Sequence record: MK327932.1
Origin: Escherichia phage vB_EcoM_G2248
Length of the DNA: 64,000 nt
Direction: 5' to 3' (one strand)
Made by a program: the position numbers and the translations under genes. The notes under the pieces were generated by a model. That model did no database searches, was not told the DNA's origin, and saw nothing but the letters and a program-made list of their open reading frames with translations. Shown piece by piece: positions 9,656 through 19,656 of the stretch (position 1 is the stretch's first letter; each line of letters opens with the position of its first letter).

Positions 9656-10159
9656 TTAAATTAAAGAAAATTTGTAAATCTCTATCAGATCGCCATTACA
9701 CGCGTAAACTTCCTCGATCTCATCAAGGATCATGGTCGTCCCTGTCTTGTATATGCACTCGCGCTCATCTGCCAACATAGCATACAAAGACAGTCGAGTA
9801 GTCGGATTGTCATACTCTTTAGACACCACTCGGTCAATAGCATGTTCGTAATAATTCATGCAAGGCTTGGTAGGTTTTATTGCAATAATCTTTCCTGTTG
9901 CATAAACATCGGTTGCAAAGTCCTCTGCTGTTGATTGCAGTGGCGTAAAGCTCATAGGACGCTCTACAACGAAAGAATCACCTACAATTAAGGTATCCAG
10001 CTTACGGCCTTCTCTTTTGCTCACACCGCGATACAAGGCTTCATGATGCACTAACCGCTCAGTCTTTTCGATCAATCCATTAAGGATCGACATATCGATA
10101 TTTTCTTTAGAGTTCATCACTTCATCAATGATGTTAAGTTCTTCTGGTGTAAATTGCAT
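9656..10159 (-). CDS. ADP-ribosyltransferase, ModA/ModB-like
   Basis: 167 aa at the T4 modA/modB position; R-S-ExE-like triad candidates (LYRG, QSTAED, ADERE). Confidence 0.5.
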   Translation of the reverse strand: MQFTPEELNIIDEVMNSKENIDMSILNGLIEKTERLVHHEALYRGVSKREGRKLDTLIVGDSFVVERPMSFTPLQSTAEDFATDVYATGKIIAIKPTKPCMNYYEHAIDRVVSKEYDNPTTRLSLYAMLADERECIYKTGTTMILDEIEEVYACNGDLIEIYKFSLI

Positions 10160-10162
10160 AAT

Positions 10163-10192
10163 AAAAAAGCCTCCAATCTTTCGACGGGAGGC
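10163..10192 (-). terminator. rho-independent terminator-like hairpin that also sequesters the SD of the Mod-like gene
   Basis: minus-sense GCCUCC-loop-GGAGGC followed by U6, ending 8 nt before the ATG at 10157-10159. Confidence 0.45.
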
Positions 10193-10228
10193 ATAATAAA
10201 ACCATGATAGAGTAGTGTCAACTAATTT

Positions 10229-10753
10229 TTAGTAGCCGCGTTCTTGACGGGCGAAGTTTTCAGCATTTTTCAGATAGTACAGAATAAAGAGTTCTTGAGC
10301 GTCAATACCCAGCGGGATCATCTTTGACAGAATGAAGTGGATCGCGTCCACAAATTCAAATTTCACTTCAAGCTGATCTTCTGGTGACAGTTCAGAGAAT
10401 TTACGCGCTCGCGCTTCCCCGTGGTTCTTTTTCCACATTTTCCAGATTGCACTTGCATCTTTACCATTGGACATTCCACCCAGCGATGTGTAAAGCTCTC
10501 GTGTTTCGTCTGCGATAGCGTCATCCATCCGTTGCATCCAATCCAGCATTTCACCGCAAGTCTCTAGCTTAGTTGGATTTGGGACCCAATCAAATTTTTC
10601 GGATAGTGCAACCTGCAAACCAGTTTGCATTTCTAGCATCACCTGAAACGGATCTTTACCTTCTGCAATCGCGTGATGATATGCGGCGATAGCCGCGTTA
10701 ATATCTTTTTCGTTAACCAGACCAGCACAAGAATTAAATTCTGACATATTCAC
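10229..10753 (-). CDS. 56: dCTPase/dUTPase (MazG-like), gp56
   Basis: 174 aa; matches my recollection of T4 gp56, notably the C-terminal LYYLKNAENFARQERGY. Confidence 0.8.
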   Translation of the reverse strand: MNMSEFNSCAGLVNEKDINAAIAAYHHAIAEGKDPFQVMLEMQTGLQVALSEKFDWVPNPTKLETCGEMLDWMQRMDDAIADETRELYTSLGGMSNGKDASAIWKMWKKNHGEARARKFSELSPEDQLEVKFEFVDAIHFILSKMIPLGIDAQELFILYYLKNAENFARQERGY

Positions 10754-10761
10754 CTCATTAA

Positions 10762-11790
10762 TTAAAATTTACAATATTTCATAAACCGCATTTTAGCCAT
10801 CAGACCTTGTACGGTGTTCTCTTTGATATATTCCATGATCTGGTCGCGTGTAGCGCCCTCGTCCTGAATCATGGCGTTAACGTCTTTAGAATGCCACGGG
10901 CAACGGTCCCACAATACAATCTTTTCCCCTGCATTGATAAACTTTTCCAGTCGGTGCATTGTATCGGCAGACCGTGGTTCCGCATCAAGTACAAACACTC
11001 GCTGATCAGGGAAAGGAATTTCATCTAATCCCAAAGTACCGCCAGTAATTGCACACCCGTTATCAATAAACAATGAATCGATCGGACCTTCTAAGAAATA
11101 CACTGGCCTACTCGGATCGGCGCGTTCAAGACCATAGACCTTACTCGCTAACTCATGAGTTTTAATCGTCATATATTTGGTCTTTCCGTAATCCTTTCTC
11201 AATGCTCGCCCCTGAATGGATTCTATCTTGTTCTCGCGGTTAAAGATAGGAATCACTAAACGCGGTTCAGGTTGTGGATTCTTGAAAGTATCAGCCTTAA
11301 TGTGATTTGCTACCTTTTGCCATTCTCTCGTGAAATACAGAAGATCCCATTTATCGTGGGGAATGCAACGATCACTGACATACTTTATTATAGGATGATT
11401 AGCCGGAAGAGTATCTAATCTCTCGCAGAAAGGCAATGTTTGCACTTTCTTAATCTCCGGCTTTTCTACCTTTTTAAGTGGCTTGAACGTGGTGTTCTTG
11501 TGGTCGCCTTGTTCCTTCCGTCGTTCCATAAGCCATTCCCTGAATAGGTCCGGCTTATACTGTTTGAGAAATTCACCTAACGGCTGATTGTAGTTACAGT
11601 TGAAACAACCACAACGCAAACTATCTTTATAGGTATAGATACGGAATCGCGCTTGAGTATGATTTTTCTTTGAGTCACCGCAGATCGGACAACTACAGAC
11701 CAGCGTAAATGAGCTAGTATGCAACCGTTTAAAATTTCGTTCGCCGTATATGGCTTTTTCCGCTATTTCATAATCTGCGTAGTAAATCAT
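10762..11790 (-). CDS. 61: DNA primase gp61
   Basis: 342 aa (T4 gp61 length); N-terminal zinc-binding CxxC...CxxC; position upstream of 41. Confidence 0.9.
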   Translation of the reverse strand: MIYYADYEIAEKAIYGERNFKRLHTSSFTLVCSCPICGDSKKNHTQARFRIYTYKDSLRCGCFNCNYNQPLGEFLKQYKPDLFREWLMERRKEQGDHKNTTFKPLKKVEKPEIKKVQTLPFCERLDTLPANHPIIKYVSDRCIPHDKWDLLYFTREWQKVANHIKADTFKNPQPEPRLVIPIFNRENKIESIQGRALRKDYGKTKYMTIKTHELASKVYGLERADPSRPVYFLEGPIDSLFIDNGCAITGGTLGLDEIPFPDQRVFVLDAEPRSADTMHRLEKFINAGEKIVLWDRCPWHSKDVNAMIQDEGATRDQIMEYIKENTVQGLMAKMRFMKYCKF

Positions 11791-11799
11791 AATAACCTC

Positions 11800-12003
11800 T
11801 TATAGCTCAAATTTCATGAAAGTTCCTACACTTTCATTTTCATTCTCTCCGTTTTCATCTAAGCCAAATTTGTAGACACTACCATCTGGCGATGTGTAAG
11901 AGAATACACGAAAACGGCCTACCGAATCAAGTTCTGTAAATTCATATTCTTTTCCGGCTTCAAAAAGTGCATATGTGCTTTTAAGACATTTCATCGTAAT
12001 CAT
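11800..12003 (-). CDS. hypothetical protein
   Basis: 67-aa ORF, start overlaps upstream stop (ATGA). Confidence 0.45.
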   Translation of the reverse strand: MITMKCLKSTYALFEAGKEYEFTELDSVGRFRVFSYTSPDGSVYKFGLDENGENENESVGTFMKFEL

Positions 12004-12143
12004 TTAAGCGCCACCGACAACAGAATGAGAACTACACCAACATACATTGTGATCTCGGATAACTTTTCTGTTTTTGTTTTGTGTCCAGATAATCCGAAAA
12101 CAACAACACCGATAATAGCGGACAGCAAGCCAACGATAAACAT
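12000..12143 (-). CDS. small membrane protein (47 aa)
   Basis: untracked ORF MFIVGLLSAIIGVVVFGL...; single TM segment; stop overlaps next ATG. Confidence 0.35.
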   Translation of the reverse strand: MFIVGLLSAIIGVVVFGLSGHKTKTEKLSEITMYVGVVLILLSVALK

Positions 12144-12150
12144 GATGATA

Positions 12151-12327
12151 CTAAGCACCGTCTTTCTCCTTTTTGCGTTTTTCTTTACCCGCTACACTAG
12201 GTCCACGATTGGTAATAGATCCGCTCGTTTCACCTGCTGCGATCTTCTCAGGATTGCCGCCAGCATCGCCAGCGGTCATATCTTCTTTGAGTTTATTTTC
12301 TTCAACAAACTGTTTAAATCCAATCAT
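12151..12327 (-). CDS. hypothetical small protein (58 aa)
   Basis: untracked ORF; ATG overlaps stop of upstream gene (ATGA). Confidence 0.3.
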   Translation of the reverse strand: MIGFKQFVEENKLKEDMTAGDAGGNPEKIAAGETSGSITNRGPSVAGKEKRKKEKDGA

Positions 12328-12701
12328 AGAATAATCTCTTTCAGTAAGTCAACAATTTGGTCTTTCGTCAGTTTATCCTGATTCTCTACAATCTTGATAA
12401 CACAAGCATTAACATCTTTTCGAGTCACGCGGGAGATCGTTTTAATACGATGAAACGGTTCGTAGAAATATACTGCTTCATTATAGAGCGCAGCAATTTT
12501 TCGACGCATTTGATCTTTATCTGACAAGAAAACAAGTGCTGTTTTATGACCTTCTACACCCGCCACGTTATATAGTTCAGCAACACCCCAGCGACCTTCC
12601 GGTTCAATCATTCCGGCGTGTTTACCGTCGATAAAAATAAGAATATCTCCGTTGAATGCGGTTTTGAATGCTACATCTTCCGGCGTAATCATATTTTTCA
12701 T
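12324..12701 (-). CDS. hypothetical protein
   Basis: 125-aa ORF in the 61-41 interval. Confidence 0.5.
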   Translation of the reverse strand: MKNMITPEDVAFKTAFNGDILIFIDGKHAGMIEPEGRWGVAELYNVAGVEGHKTALVFLSDKDQMRRKIAALYNEAVYFYEPFHRIKTISRVTRKDVNACVIKIVENQDKLTKDQIVDLLKEIIL

Positions 12702-12731
12702 AATATAGTCTCCTTAGAGTTTCATTATAGA

Positions 12732-13367
12732 TCAAGCGAATGTAGAAAGCAAATGTTTTGTTTCTTTCAGTTGTCGTTCAAGATCTTTGCGTTTCTCTTT
12801 AAGTTGCATTTTAGCATTATTTCGCTGTTTTTCAACATCTTTATCAATACTCTTATTCCAGTTATCAATATCAGAATAAGTTGGCATACCCAATTCTAGA
12901 CCTAATGCGGTTGGATACAGGGTAACAGTCCATAAACCGCTAATCTTCTTAAATAGGTCGGGGTGTAGTGTACTATCTACATCTTCCGGTGTCAACTCTT
13001 TTTCTTCTTTCAGTGGTGGGATCTCGTCATATGGTTCCAGTGCATTTACTTTAATATCAGATACCTCATCAAAGAATCCGCGTACATCCGCAGGAAATAC
13101 ACAAGCAATTTCCCAACCGTGATCACGCAGAGAAGTAATATTTTTCACTCCCCCGCCATGTGTGATGATTGATGTGACATTGCCATCAAGGTCCACCGAA
13201 TTTACGAGAAATGGCTTATCGTCTGTCAGATCATTATAAAACTGTGCTTCGGCTGTAGTCATCTCCAGAAACAGATCTCGGATCGGACGACCATCAGGTG
13301 CGTTACCTTCCTTGAGAGTATAAAAGCGACTTACGATCCATTTTGGCGGTAAAGCATTAGCGATCAT
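12732..13367 (-). CDS. hypothetical protein
   Basis: 211-aa ORF immediately downstream of 41; acidic middle region, basic coiled-coil tail. Confidence 0.5.
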   Translation of the reverse strand: MIANALPPKWIVSRFYTLKEGNAPDGRPIRDLFLEMTTAEAQFYNDLTDDKPFLVNSVDLDGNVTSIITHGGGVKNITSLRDHGWEIACVFPADVRGFFDEVSDIKVNALEPYDEIPPLKEEKELTPEDVDSTLHPDLFKKISGLWTVTLYPTALGLELGMPTYSDIDNWNKSIDKDVEKQRNNAKMQLKEKRKDLERQLKETKHLLSTFA

Positions 13368-13417
13368 GTTATATCTCCTATCAAATCATTCACCAGCGCC
13401 CCGCAGGGCGCATTTTA

Positions 13418-14830
13418 TTAGAAAGTCATGTTATTTGCTAGCTCGTCGAGTTTTTCTCGTTTCTCGGCTTGCTGTGCGCTTTGTGGTTTAACTTGTGCAT
13501 TCTCCTGATCTGCGATCTGGTTTGGAACTTCATACCAACGCTGATTTCCTTTTTTCACACCAACGTTAAACCGTGAATAGTAGTTCTTATCGCCGTAACG
13601 AGACTTGATCTGCTTCATGAGTTGGACGCCCATTTTAGCCAGGTCTTCGGTTTCGATAACACCCAACATAAAATCTGCTGTAGCCGGAAGACCTGCTGAT
13701 TCAGCGGTATCACTCATGTTAAGGTCTGACGCATCCCAACCCGCGCGGGTAGTCTGTGCCGCAGTCCAACCAACAACATCCCACTTAACAAAAAATCCTC
13801 GCAGTTCTTCCGCAATCGCCTTAACTAGTGTGTAACTATTTTCAGAGTATACACGCAAGCGAGACGATGCGCAAATCCCCAGATAGTCAACAATCACAAC
13901 ATCAGGTTTAAACTGTTTCTTGAGTCGCAATTCATTCATTAACGCCTCAAAGTGATTGGAGTTCGCGCCACCAGTCGGATACTGCTTGATCATCAATTTT
14001 CCAACCGGACGATCTCCGATCTTCTTATTCTTAACACGCTTCATACGTGCGGAATATTCCGCAAAAGAAACATTACCATTATCCAATTCATCTAATGTAA
14101 TGTCAAGCAAGTTTGCGTCAATACGTTTGGCTACGACATGCTCTGCCATCTCCATTGAGATATACAATACATCATAACCACATTCCATATAATCCGCAGC
14201 AAGAGAACACAATCCAAGCGATTTACCAACATTTACACCAGCAAGCAACACATTTAGCGTTTTTCTTTCCGCCCCTCCTTTCGTGATTTTATTCAACATC
14301 GGCAGCTTAAACGGGATCTTATTCGCCTTAGTCTGATATAGCAAGAATCGTTTTTCAAAGTCATTAAACCAGTCATGACCTACATCAGAATCAAACGTAA
14401 TTGATAGTGCTTCCTGCATAATCTCAGGAATAGCTCCCTCGCCAGGCAATTTCTTATTCTGTTTCTCTTTTGGTAGTTGTGCGTTCGCCTGAATCTCTAG
14501 CGCCCGTGACATTGCATTATACATGGCACGGTCACGAATAAATTTTTCGGTTTCCTTCATCAACCAATCAAGGTCTTCCGGTGTATTCTCAAGCGAATCA
14601 AGAAGAGTTTTAGCCCCTTCATATGTTGTCTGATTGCCTCTCTCCTTGTCTAAAGCAATCTGTAATGCAGTTGGCGTAGGAATATTGGAATATTCGTCTA
14701 CGTGCTTTTTAATCAGCTTATAAATCAGTTTTTCTTCGTCTTCGGTGAAGTAGTCCGCTTTAAGGTGAGGCCATACATTCGTAAAGAATGCGCCATTGTA
14801 AATCAACTGTGAAAAGATAGTTTTAATCAT
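13418..14830 (-). CDS. 41: replicative DnaB-like helicase gp41
   Basis: 470 aa; Walker A GVNVGKS; collinear with T4 gp41 over full length. Confidence 0.9.
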   Translation of the reverse strand: MIKTIFSQLIYNGAFFTNVWPHLKADYFTEDEEKLIYKLIKKHVDEYSNIPTPTALQIALDKERGNQTTYEGAKTLLDSLENTPEDLDWLMKETEKFIRDRAMYNAMSRALEIQANAQLPKEKQNKKLPGEGAIPEIMQEALSITFDSDVGHDWFNDFEKRFLLYQTKANKIPFKLPMLNKITKGGAERKTLNVLLAGVNVGKSLGLCSLAADYMECGYDVLYISMEMAEHVVAKRIDANLLDITLDELDNGNVSFAEYSARMKRVKNKKIGDRPVGKLMIKQYPTGGANSNHFEALMNELRLKKQFKPDVVIVDYLGICASSRLRVYSENSYTLVKAIAEELRGFFVKWDVVGWTAAQTTRAGWDASDLNMSDTAESAGLPATADFMLGVIETEDLAKMGVQLMKQIKSRYGDKNYYSRFNVGVKKGNQRWYEVPNQIADQENAQVKPQSAQQAEKREKLDELANNMTF

Positions 14831-14832
14831 AC

Positions 14833-15144
14833 TTAGCCCCCAACTACACGCATAACAAAGGTCTTGAGTTTATACCAGAAAGTTTCTTTTTTCAACTTTT
14901 CTTCTGCTTCTTTGATTTGCGCGGTTAACGCCTTAATGACGTGTGGATATACCACATCACGATCTGACGGCGTGGAGTAGTCGACCACAATACCTTTAGT
15001 GTCTGGATCGTATTCAACATTATGAATATAGACAATATGATGCTCTCCCTCTTCATCAACAATTATCAATTCCTGAATAACTGTCTTCATTGCTTCTTGA
15101 ATCAAGCCGTGTGCTTCTTCTAAACTTGTTGGTTTCTTATCCAT
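14833..15144 (-). CDS. hypothetical protein
   Basis: 103-aa ORF between 41 and uvsX. Confidence 0.5.
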   Translation of the reverse strand: MDKKPTSLEEAHGLIQEAMKTVIQELIIVDEEGEHHIVYIHNVEYDPDTKGIVVDYSTPSDRDVVYPHVIKALTAQIKEAEEKLKKETFWYKLKTFVMRVVGG

Positions 15145-15166
15145 AATATAATCCTCTCTAGATATG

Positions 15167-15186
15167 AAAAAGGGGCACGTAGCCCC
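15167..15186 (-). terminator. rho-independent terminator after uvsX
   Basis: hairpin GGGGC-ACGUA-GCCCC followed by U-run in minus sense. Confidence 0.5.
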
Positions 15187-15199
15187 TTTACTACCATTG

Positions 15200-16270
15200 T
15201 TATGCTAACATATCTTCGATTTCTTTGTCAACTGCTTCGTCGCTGATCACTTGCCCCAGCTTATAATGATCGTTGATTGCTTCGTTAAACTTATCGTTTG
15301 TCAGAAGTGGTTTCCAGAACTCAATGCTATTGGTTTCTTTAGCACGGAACTTGCGTTCTTCGGTTTCCATCTCTCCGGTCTCGGTATTCAGGATTGAACG
15401 AGAATACCAGCCGTTTGACGGTTTCACTACCCAGCCTAACTCTACAGCCAATTCCAGCAAGCCAGAATAAGGATCGATACCACCGCTAAATGTTACGCTA
15501 ATCGGGAACTTAGATTTTTCTTTAACGGTTCGTGATTTTTCCGCATTCAGGATAAAATCATAACCAGTAATTTCGGTTCCTTCTTTCTGCTGACGACGAC
15601 CAATAATGAAAACTTCATTGGCTGAATACATCGCGCCCGTACCGCCGGACATAACGGTCTTACTAAACATTTCTTGCGTTTCGTAAGTGTGGTTAATAGC
15701 GATGCACGGGATATCATTCATAGTCAGATACGGCGTCACCATACGGAACAAGCCTTTAAGTGCTTTAGCTCGCGTCATATCCTGTGCGGATTTCTCATTA
15801 ATCGCGTCTTCAACTTCTTTTTTACTTGCTAAGTTACCGATTGAGTCAATAAAGATGATCACTTTATCTTCACGGGTAATTTGCTCAAGCTGGTTCATGA
15901 TTTCAAATTTAAGTTCTTCGATGTTCTTGATTGGAACATGCACCACGCGATCAGGATCTACACCCATAGATTCAAGATAAGCGGATGTAATACCGAACTC
16001 AGAATCAAAGAACAAACACGCCGCATCAGGATTCTGTTTCATGTATGCACTAACACAAGTTAATCCCATGTTTGATTTAAAGTGCTTAGACGGACCAGCA
16101 AAGAAAATCAGACCAGATTGAAAGCCTTTTTTAACATCACCCGAAAACGCAATATTCAGCATCGGGATCTTAGTGCGAGTATTTGTTTTTTCGTTAAAGA
16201 AGCTGGATTTAGACAGTACCGCAGTAGTTTTCAGTGTAGAGTTCTTTTTCAGTTTTTCCAGTACAGACAT
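15200..16270 (-). CDS. uvsX: RecA-like recombinase UvsX
   Basis: 356 aa; Walker A GPSKHFKS; RecA-fold motifs. Confidence 0.9.
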   Translation of the reverse strand: MSVLEKLKKNSTLKTTAVLSKSSFFNEKTNTRTKIPMLNIAFSGDVKKGFQSGLIFFAGPSKHFKSNMGLTCVSAYMKQNPDAACLFFDSEFGITSAYLESMGVDPDRVVHVPIKNIEELKFEIMNQLEQITREDKVIIFIDSIGNLASKKEVEDAINEKSAQDMTRAKALKGLFRMVTPYLTMNDIPCIAINHTYETQEMFSKTVMSGGTGAMYSANEVFIIGRRQQKEGTEITGYDFILNAEKSRTVKEKSKFPISVTFSGGIDPYSGLLELAVELGWVVKPSNGWYSRSILNTETGEMETEERKFRAKETNSIEFWKPLLTNDKFNEAINDHYKLGQVISDEAVDKEIEDMLA

Positions 16271-16281
16271 TATTAATACCT

Positions 16282-16509
16282 CTATTCAGTTAATCCGTAA
16301 TACTTTAATTGCTTCATTGTTATTCGATCTTTGTAGTGCTCTTGAATTAACTTTTTCATCGCATCAACATCGATCGTCACAAATACTTCGTTGCTGTGAT
16401 TTCCGTGAACTTTCTTGAAATGCTCTATGCCTTCCTCACGTTCACGTTTAATCTTTTCAATGTCTCTCATAGTATATTTCTCACGTTGGCGGGTATCGTC
16501 ACACAACAC
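16282..16509 (-). CDS. hypothetical protein
   Basis: 75-aa ORF; the only ORF between uvsX and 43. Confidence 0.4.
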   Translation of the reverse strand: MLCDDTRQREKYTMRDIEKIKREREEGIEHFKKVHGNHSNEVFVTIDVDAMKKLIQEHYKDRITMKQLKYYGLTE

Positions 16510-16531
16510 CCGCCATTATACACACTTTATC

Positions 16532-19240
16532 TTAAATGTCAAACAGGTCAGTAAGCGATGCAACTTTTTCGTATTGCAGCTTTGCAGCCGTGGTAATGTT
16601 CTCCAGCGGTTTGACGAAAGTCTTATTAAACAACAAAGGCCAGTCTAACCACTTCAACACTTCTGATTCAATTTCTGGCGGAATACGAGTACCAGACAAC
16701 CAACCAAAACAGATTTCTCCAAACGGATTTCGATCTTTAAGCGGTACAATCATAACCTTCTCGCCTTCACGAATCGGATCTAGTCCGAATTTTCTGGCAT
16801 TACGATTATAACACAATACACTCTTAACCGCATACGGACAACCCTTAATCGGATACCCGTTTGAATCGCTGTATTTCTGTAGGTTGTTTGCCGATGATAC
16901 CGCAGCAACCTCAAGATAGTCAAGTTTTCGAAACTCTTGCTCAAAAATACCGTAGTATTCCTGCAATGACTCTTCCCCTTCCTGCAACATACGGCGAATA
17001 CATTCTTTCAGTGATTTCTGACATGCTTTAGGGGTGGAGCTACGTTGCGTTTCCAAGCCCATGATTTTTAGCTTAGGTTCAGCAAAGCGCGTTCCTTCCA
17101 TATCCCAAACATTAAGAGCATAACGCTTTTTGCCAGTCCAGAATCCACCGATACCCGCAGATTTCAACGGAGGACCAGCAATTGCCTCGCGGTCCATAAA
17201 CATCAAGTGCTCGTAGTTGTTCATGTACTCGCATAACTCGCGATATCCCTTGTCGATAATAGGTTCCATTCGATGTTTACCGAAATTATCAAGGAAGTCA
17301 ACAAGTTTTTCGGTATCGTCGAAACGGTCTTCCCCGCCAACCTTATCAATAACATTGTTAACCAGCACATAAACGGAGTCAGTATCACAATAACGAACAT
17401 ATGCAAAATCGGTTGTTCCGCAAAGATCGTTTAAGTATTCGTTAATCTTACGCTCAATCCACTGAATTGCAAGCTGACCGAACAGTGTGATCGCACTAGC
17501 GTTACGGAGATCATAAAAACGGAATTTAGGATTCCCCAACGCACCATAAAGGGAGTTGATCAAAACTTTTCGAGAAAGCTGGTTTGTATTGCACAAGATC
17601 GACTCGCCTTTACATTCTTCCAGCAATTTCTCTAAGGCATCTTTACTTAATTCAGAAAGCATCGATTTAAACGCTTCATCGAAGTCGTGACGCACTTCAA
17701 CGCTATAGCTAATGGTTCCCCCATAAACATGATTTTCATCGTGTAGAATCGCTTTACAGAGTTCAGCATTGCGATCACATGCCAACATCATGTTTTTGTA
17801 CTGCTTACGCTGATCGAATACCTTTTTAATCTCAATCGGTACGATACCATGAATATCTTTTCTATACATCCATCCGTTAGGCGAGCAAGAATACTCATCA
17901 CTCGGACGTGGTGCAGTTTTATTGATATACTCGTGCATCGGTGCAGCATCAAAAGATCCAGCGATTGTTTCAGGCGAAATGTTAACCTGTCGAATAATAG
18001 ATGGGTACAGACTTGTTAAGTCAAAGCTCATCATCCAACGGTAAGCATTCGGCACAGGTTCTTTTACGAATGCGCCTGGATACGTCTGCTTAGGCTGTAT
18101 CTTGTTCTCTGGTACTACTTTACCCTCAGCTTTCAGAGATCCGAAGATAATAGCATCCCATACTTTCATTGGGTTATAAACATGGTTAAATTTAATCTTT
18201 GCATAGAAACATAGGCTATACACCAGATCAATAAAACCACGCTTTTTATCAATCGCCAGCACACGGTCAACGTCGCCGATGTTATAATCTATGTAAAGTT
18301 GATGGTTGTCATCACGCAATTTCTTTAACGGACCATCATAATCAACCTTACCGATTCCGGTCTCATATTCAGCAACATAATCTAACGCATATGTTGGTTG
18401 AGTCGTAAAGCTAAATTTCTTGTACAGGTCAATATAATCAAGGCTTTCGATCCCCATGATCGTAAATGCTTCACGCTCGTTGCCAAAATCATCCTGTGAG
18501 ATTCGGGATTTAATCTTACCGCACGGGCTTAGACGGTTAGCGGTTCTACTTCCGAACTTATTACTGATACGTTTAATGATATACGGTATATCGAATGTTT
18601 CTGTGTTCCAGCCAGTGAAACCAACGGGTCGGTTTTCCTCAAAGAATCGGACGTATTCTAACAGCAATTCATCTTCTGTGTCATAGACGTTATAAACAAC
18701 GCGCTCTACAATATCAGGTCGAAGAATAGACTTGCTTGCTTCCCAGATTTCATCGTTTTTTCCTTTCAAATCAAATACAAAGAAACGATCATGTACGGAA
18801 TCATAATGCGTAATTGCATCGATAGGATATTTCGCTTCTTCTGGTTTAGGAAATTCTGGGGCAGTGACCTCGATATCAACCCATGCTACACGGATTTTAT
18901 TTCGGTCATATCGAATCTCTCCTTTATACGTATCGGACAGATAGGAGATGATAAAATCATCCATCCCTAGTGCCTCTTGCCCCATCTCCCCCATCTTTTT
19001 ACGCCATTTGTTGGCCTCGTTCATAGAGGGGAATTTTTTAGCAATGCAAGGCTTGCCATAGATATCTTTATAATTCGTCACCATACCAGGCGCGGCATGA
19101 TGAAATAAAGTTGGCGTATATTCAACGTAACGCTCTTGTTCTTGTCCAGCATCATCAATATAACGCTCGTAGATCTTATCACCCACTCGCTCACATGACA
19201 GAAAATACATAATATAAACTCCTTCACTTACGAAAGACAC
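16532..19240 (-). CDS. 43: family B DNA polymerase gp43
   Basis: 902 aa; exonuclease and polymerase motifs (DxE, YGDTDS-like CDTDSVYV, KxxxNSxYG) collinear with T4 gp43. Confidence 0.95.
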   Translation of the reverse strand: MSFVSEGVYIMYFLSCERVGDKIYERYIDDAGQEQERYVEYTPTLFHHAAPGMVTNYKDIYGKPCIAKKFPSMNEANKWRKKMGEMGQEALGMDDFIISYLSDTYKGEIRYDRNKIRVAWVDIEVTAPEFPKPEEAKYPIDAITHYDSVHDRFFVFDLKGKNDEIWEASKSILRPDIVERVVYNVYDTEDELLLEYVRFFEENRPVGFTGWNTETFDIPYIIKRISNKFGSRTANRLSPCGKIKSRISQDDFGNEREAFTIMGIESLDYIDLYKKFSFTTQPTYALDYVAEYETGIGKVDYDGPLKKLRDDNHQLYIDYNIGDVDRVLAIDKKRGFIDLVYSLCFYAKIKFNHVYNPMKVWDAIIFGSLKAEGKVVPENKIQPKQTYPGAFVKEPVPNAYRWMMSFDLTSLYPSIIRQVNISPETIAGSFDAAPMHEYINKTAPRPSDEYSCSPNGWMYRKDIHGIVPIEIKKVFDQRKQYKNMMLACDRNAELCKAILHDENHVYGGTISYSVEVRHDFDEAFKSMLSELSKDALEKLLEECKGESILCNTNQLSRKVLINSLYGALGNPKFRFYDLRNASAITLFGQLAIQWIERKINEYLNDLCGTTDFAYVRYCDTDSVYVLVNNVIDKVGGEDRFDDTEKLVDFLDNFGKHRMEPIIDKGYRELCEYMNNYEHLMFMDREAIAGPPLKSAGIGGFWTGKKRYALNVWDMEGTRFAEPKLKIMGLETQRSSTPKACQKSLKECIRRMLQEGEESLQEYYGIFEQEFRKLDYLEVAAVSSANNLQKYSDSNGYPIKGCPYAVKSVLCYNRNARKFGLDPIREGEKVMIVPLKDRNPFGEICFGWLSGTRIPPEIESEVLKWLDWPLLFNKTFVKPLENITTAAKLQYEKVASLTDLFDI

Positions 19241-19292
19241 TCATTATAGGGGAATCGACTTAGTTTGTCAATACCCCTATCTCATCAGTATC

Positions 19293-19655
19293 TTAGCGTC
19301 CGATCTGATATTTCTCGATCAGCGTCCACTCTTCTTTCTGTTTGAAAGACAGTACACGGAAATTATTAACTTCGGTAGTTTCAAAATCACTATCAATCAG
19401 GGTACACAGATTCCACTGCGCCAGAAGTTTTGCAATGTTATTACGGCGTAATTCATCTTCCCACGTCATTTTAACACTACGACCATCTAATTTCAACAAC
19501 TCCTTGAAATGAACGATGTAATAGCGCCCTTTCTTCTGGAGAATATGACAAGACTGATACAGTGTCTTGTCACGATTGTTGGCAATGCCGCAGCGGGTTA
19601 AAGTCTCCTTAATTTTAAGGAAGTTTTCAGGACTAATCAAATTAATTTCAATCAT
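19293..19655 (-). CDS. regA: translational repressor RegA
   Basis: 120 aa; near-identical blocks to T4 RegA (VLYQSCHILQKKG, NNFRV). Confidence 0.9.
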   Translation of the reverse strand: MIEINLISPENFLKIKETLTRCGIANNRDKTLYQSCHILQKKGRYYIVHFKELLKLDGRSVKMTWEDELRRNNIAKLLAQWNLCTLIDSDFETTEVNNFRVLSFKQKEEWTLIEKYQIGR

Positions 19656-19656
19656 T

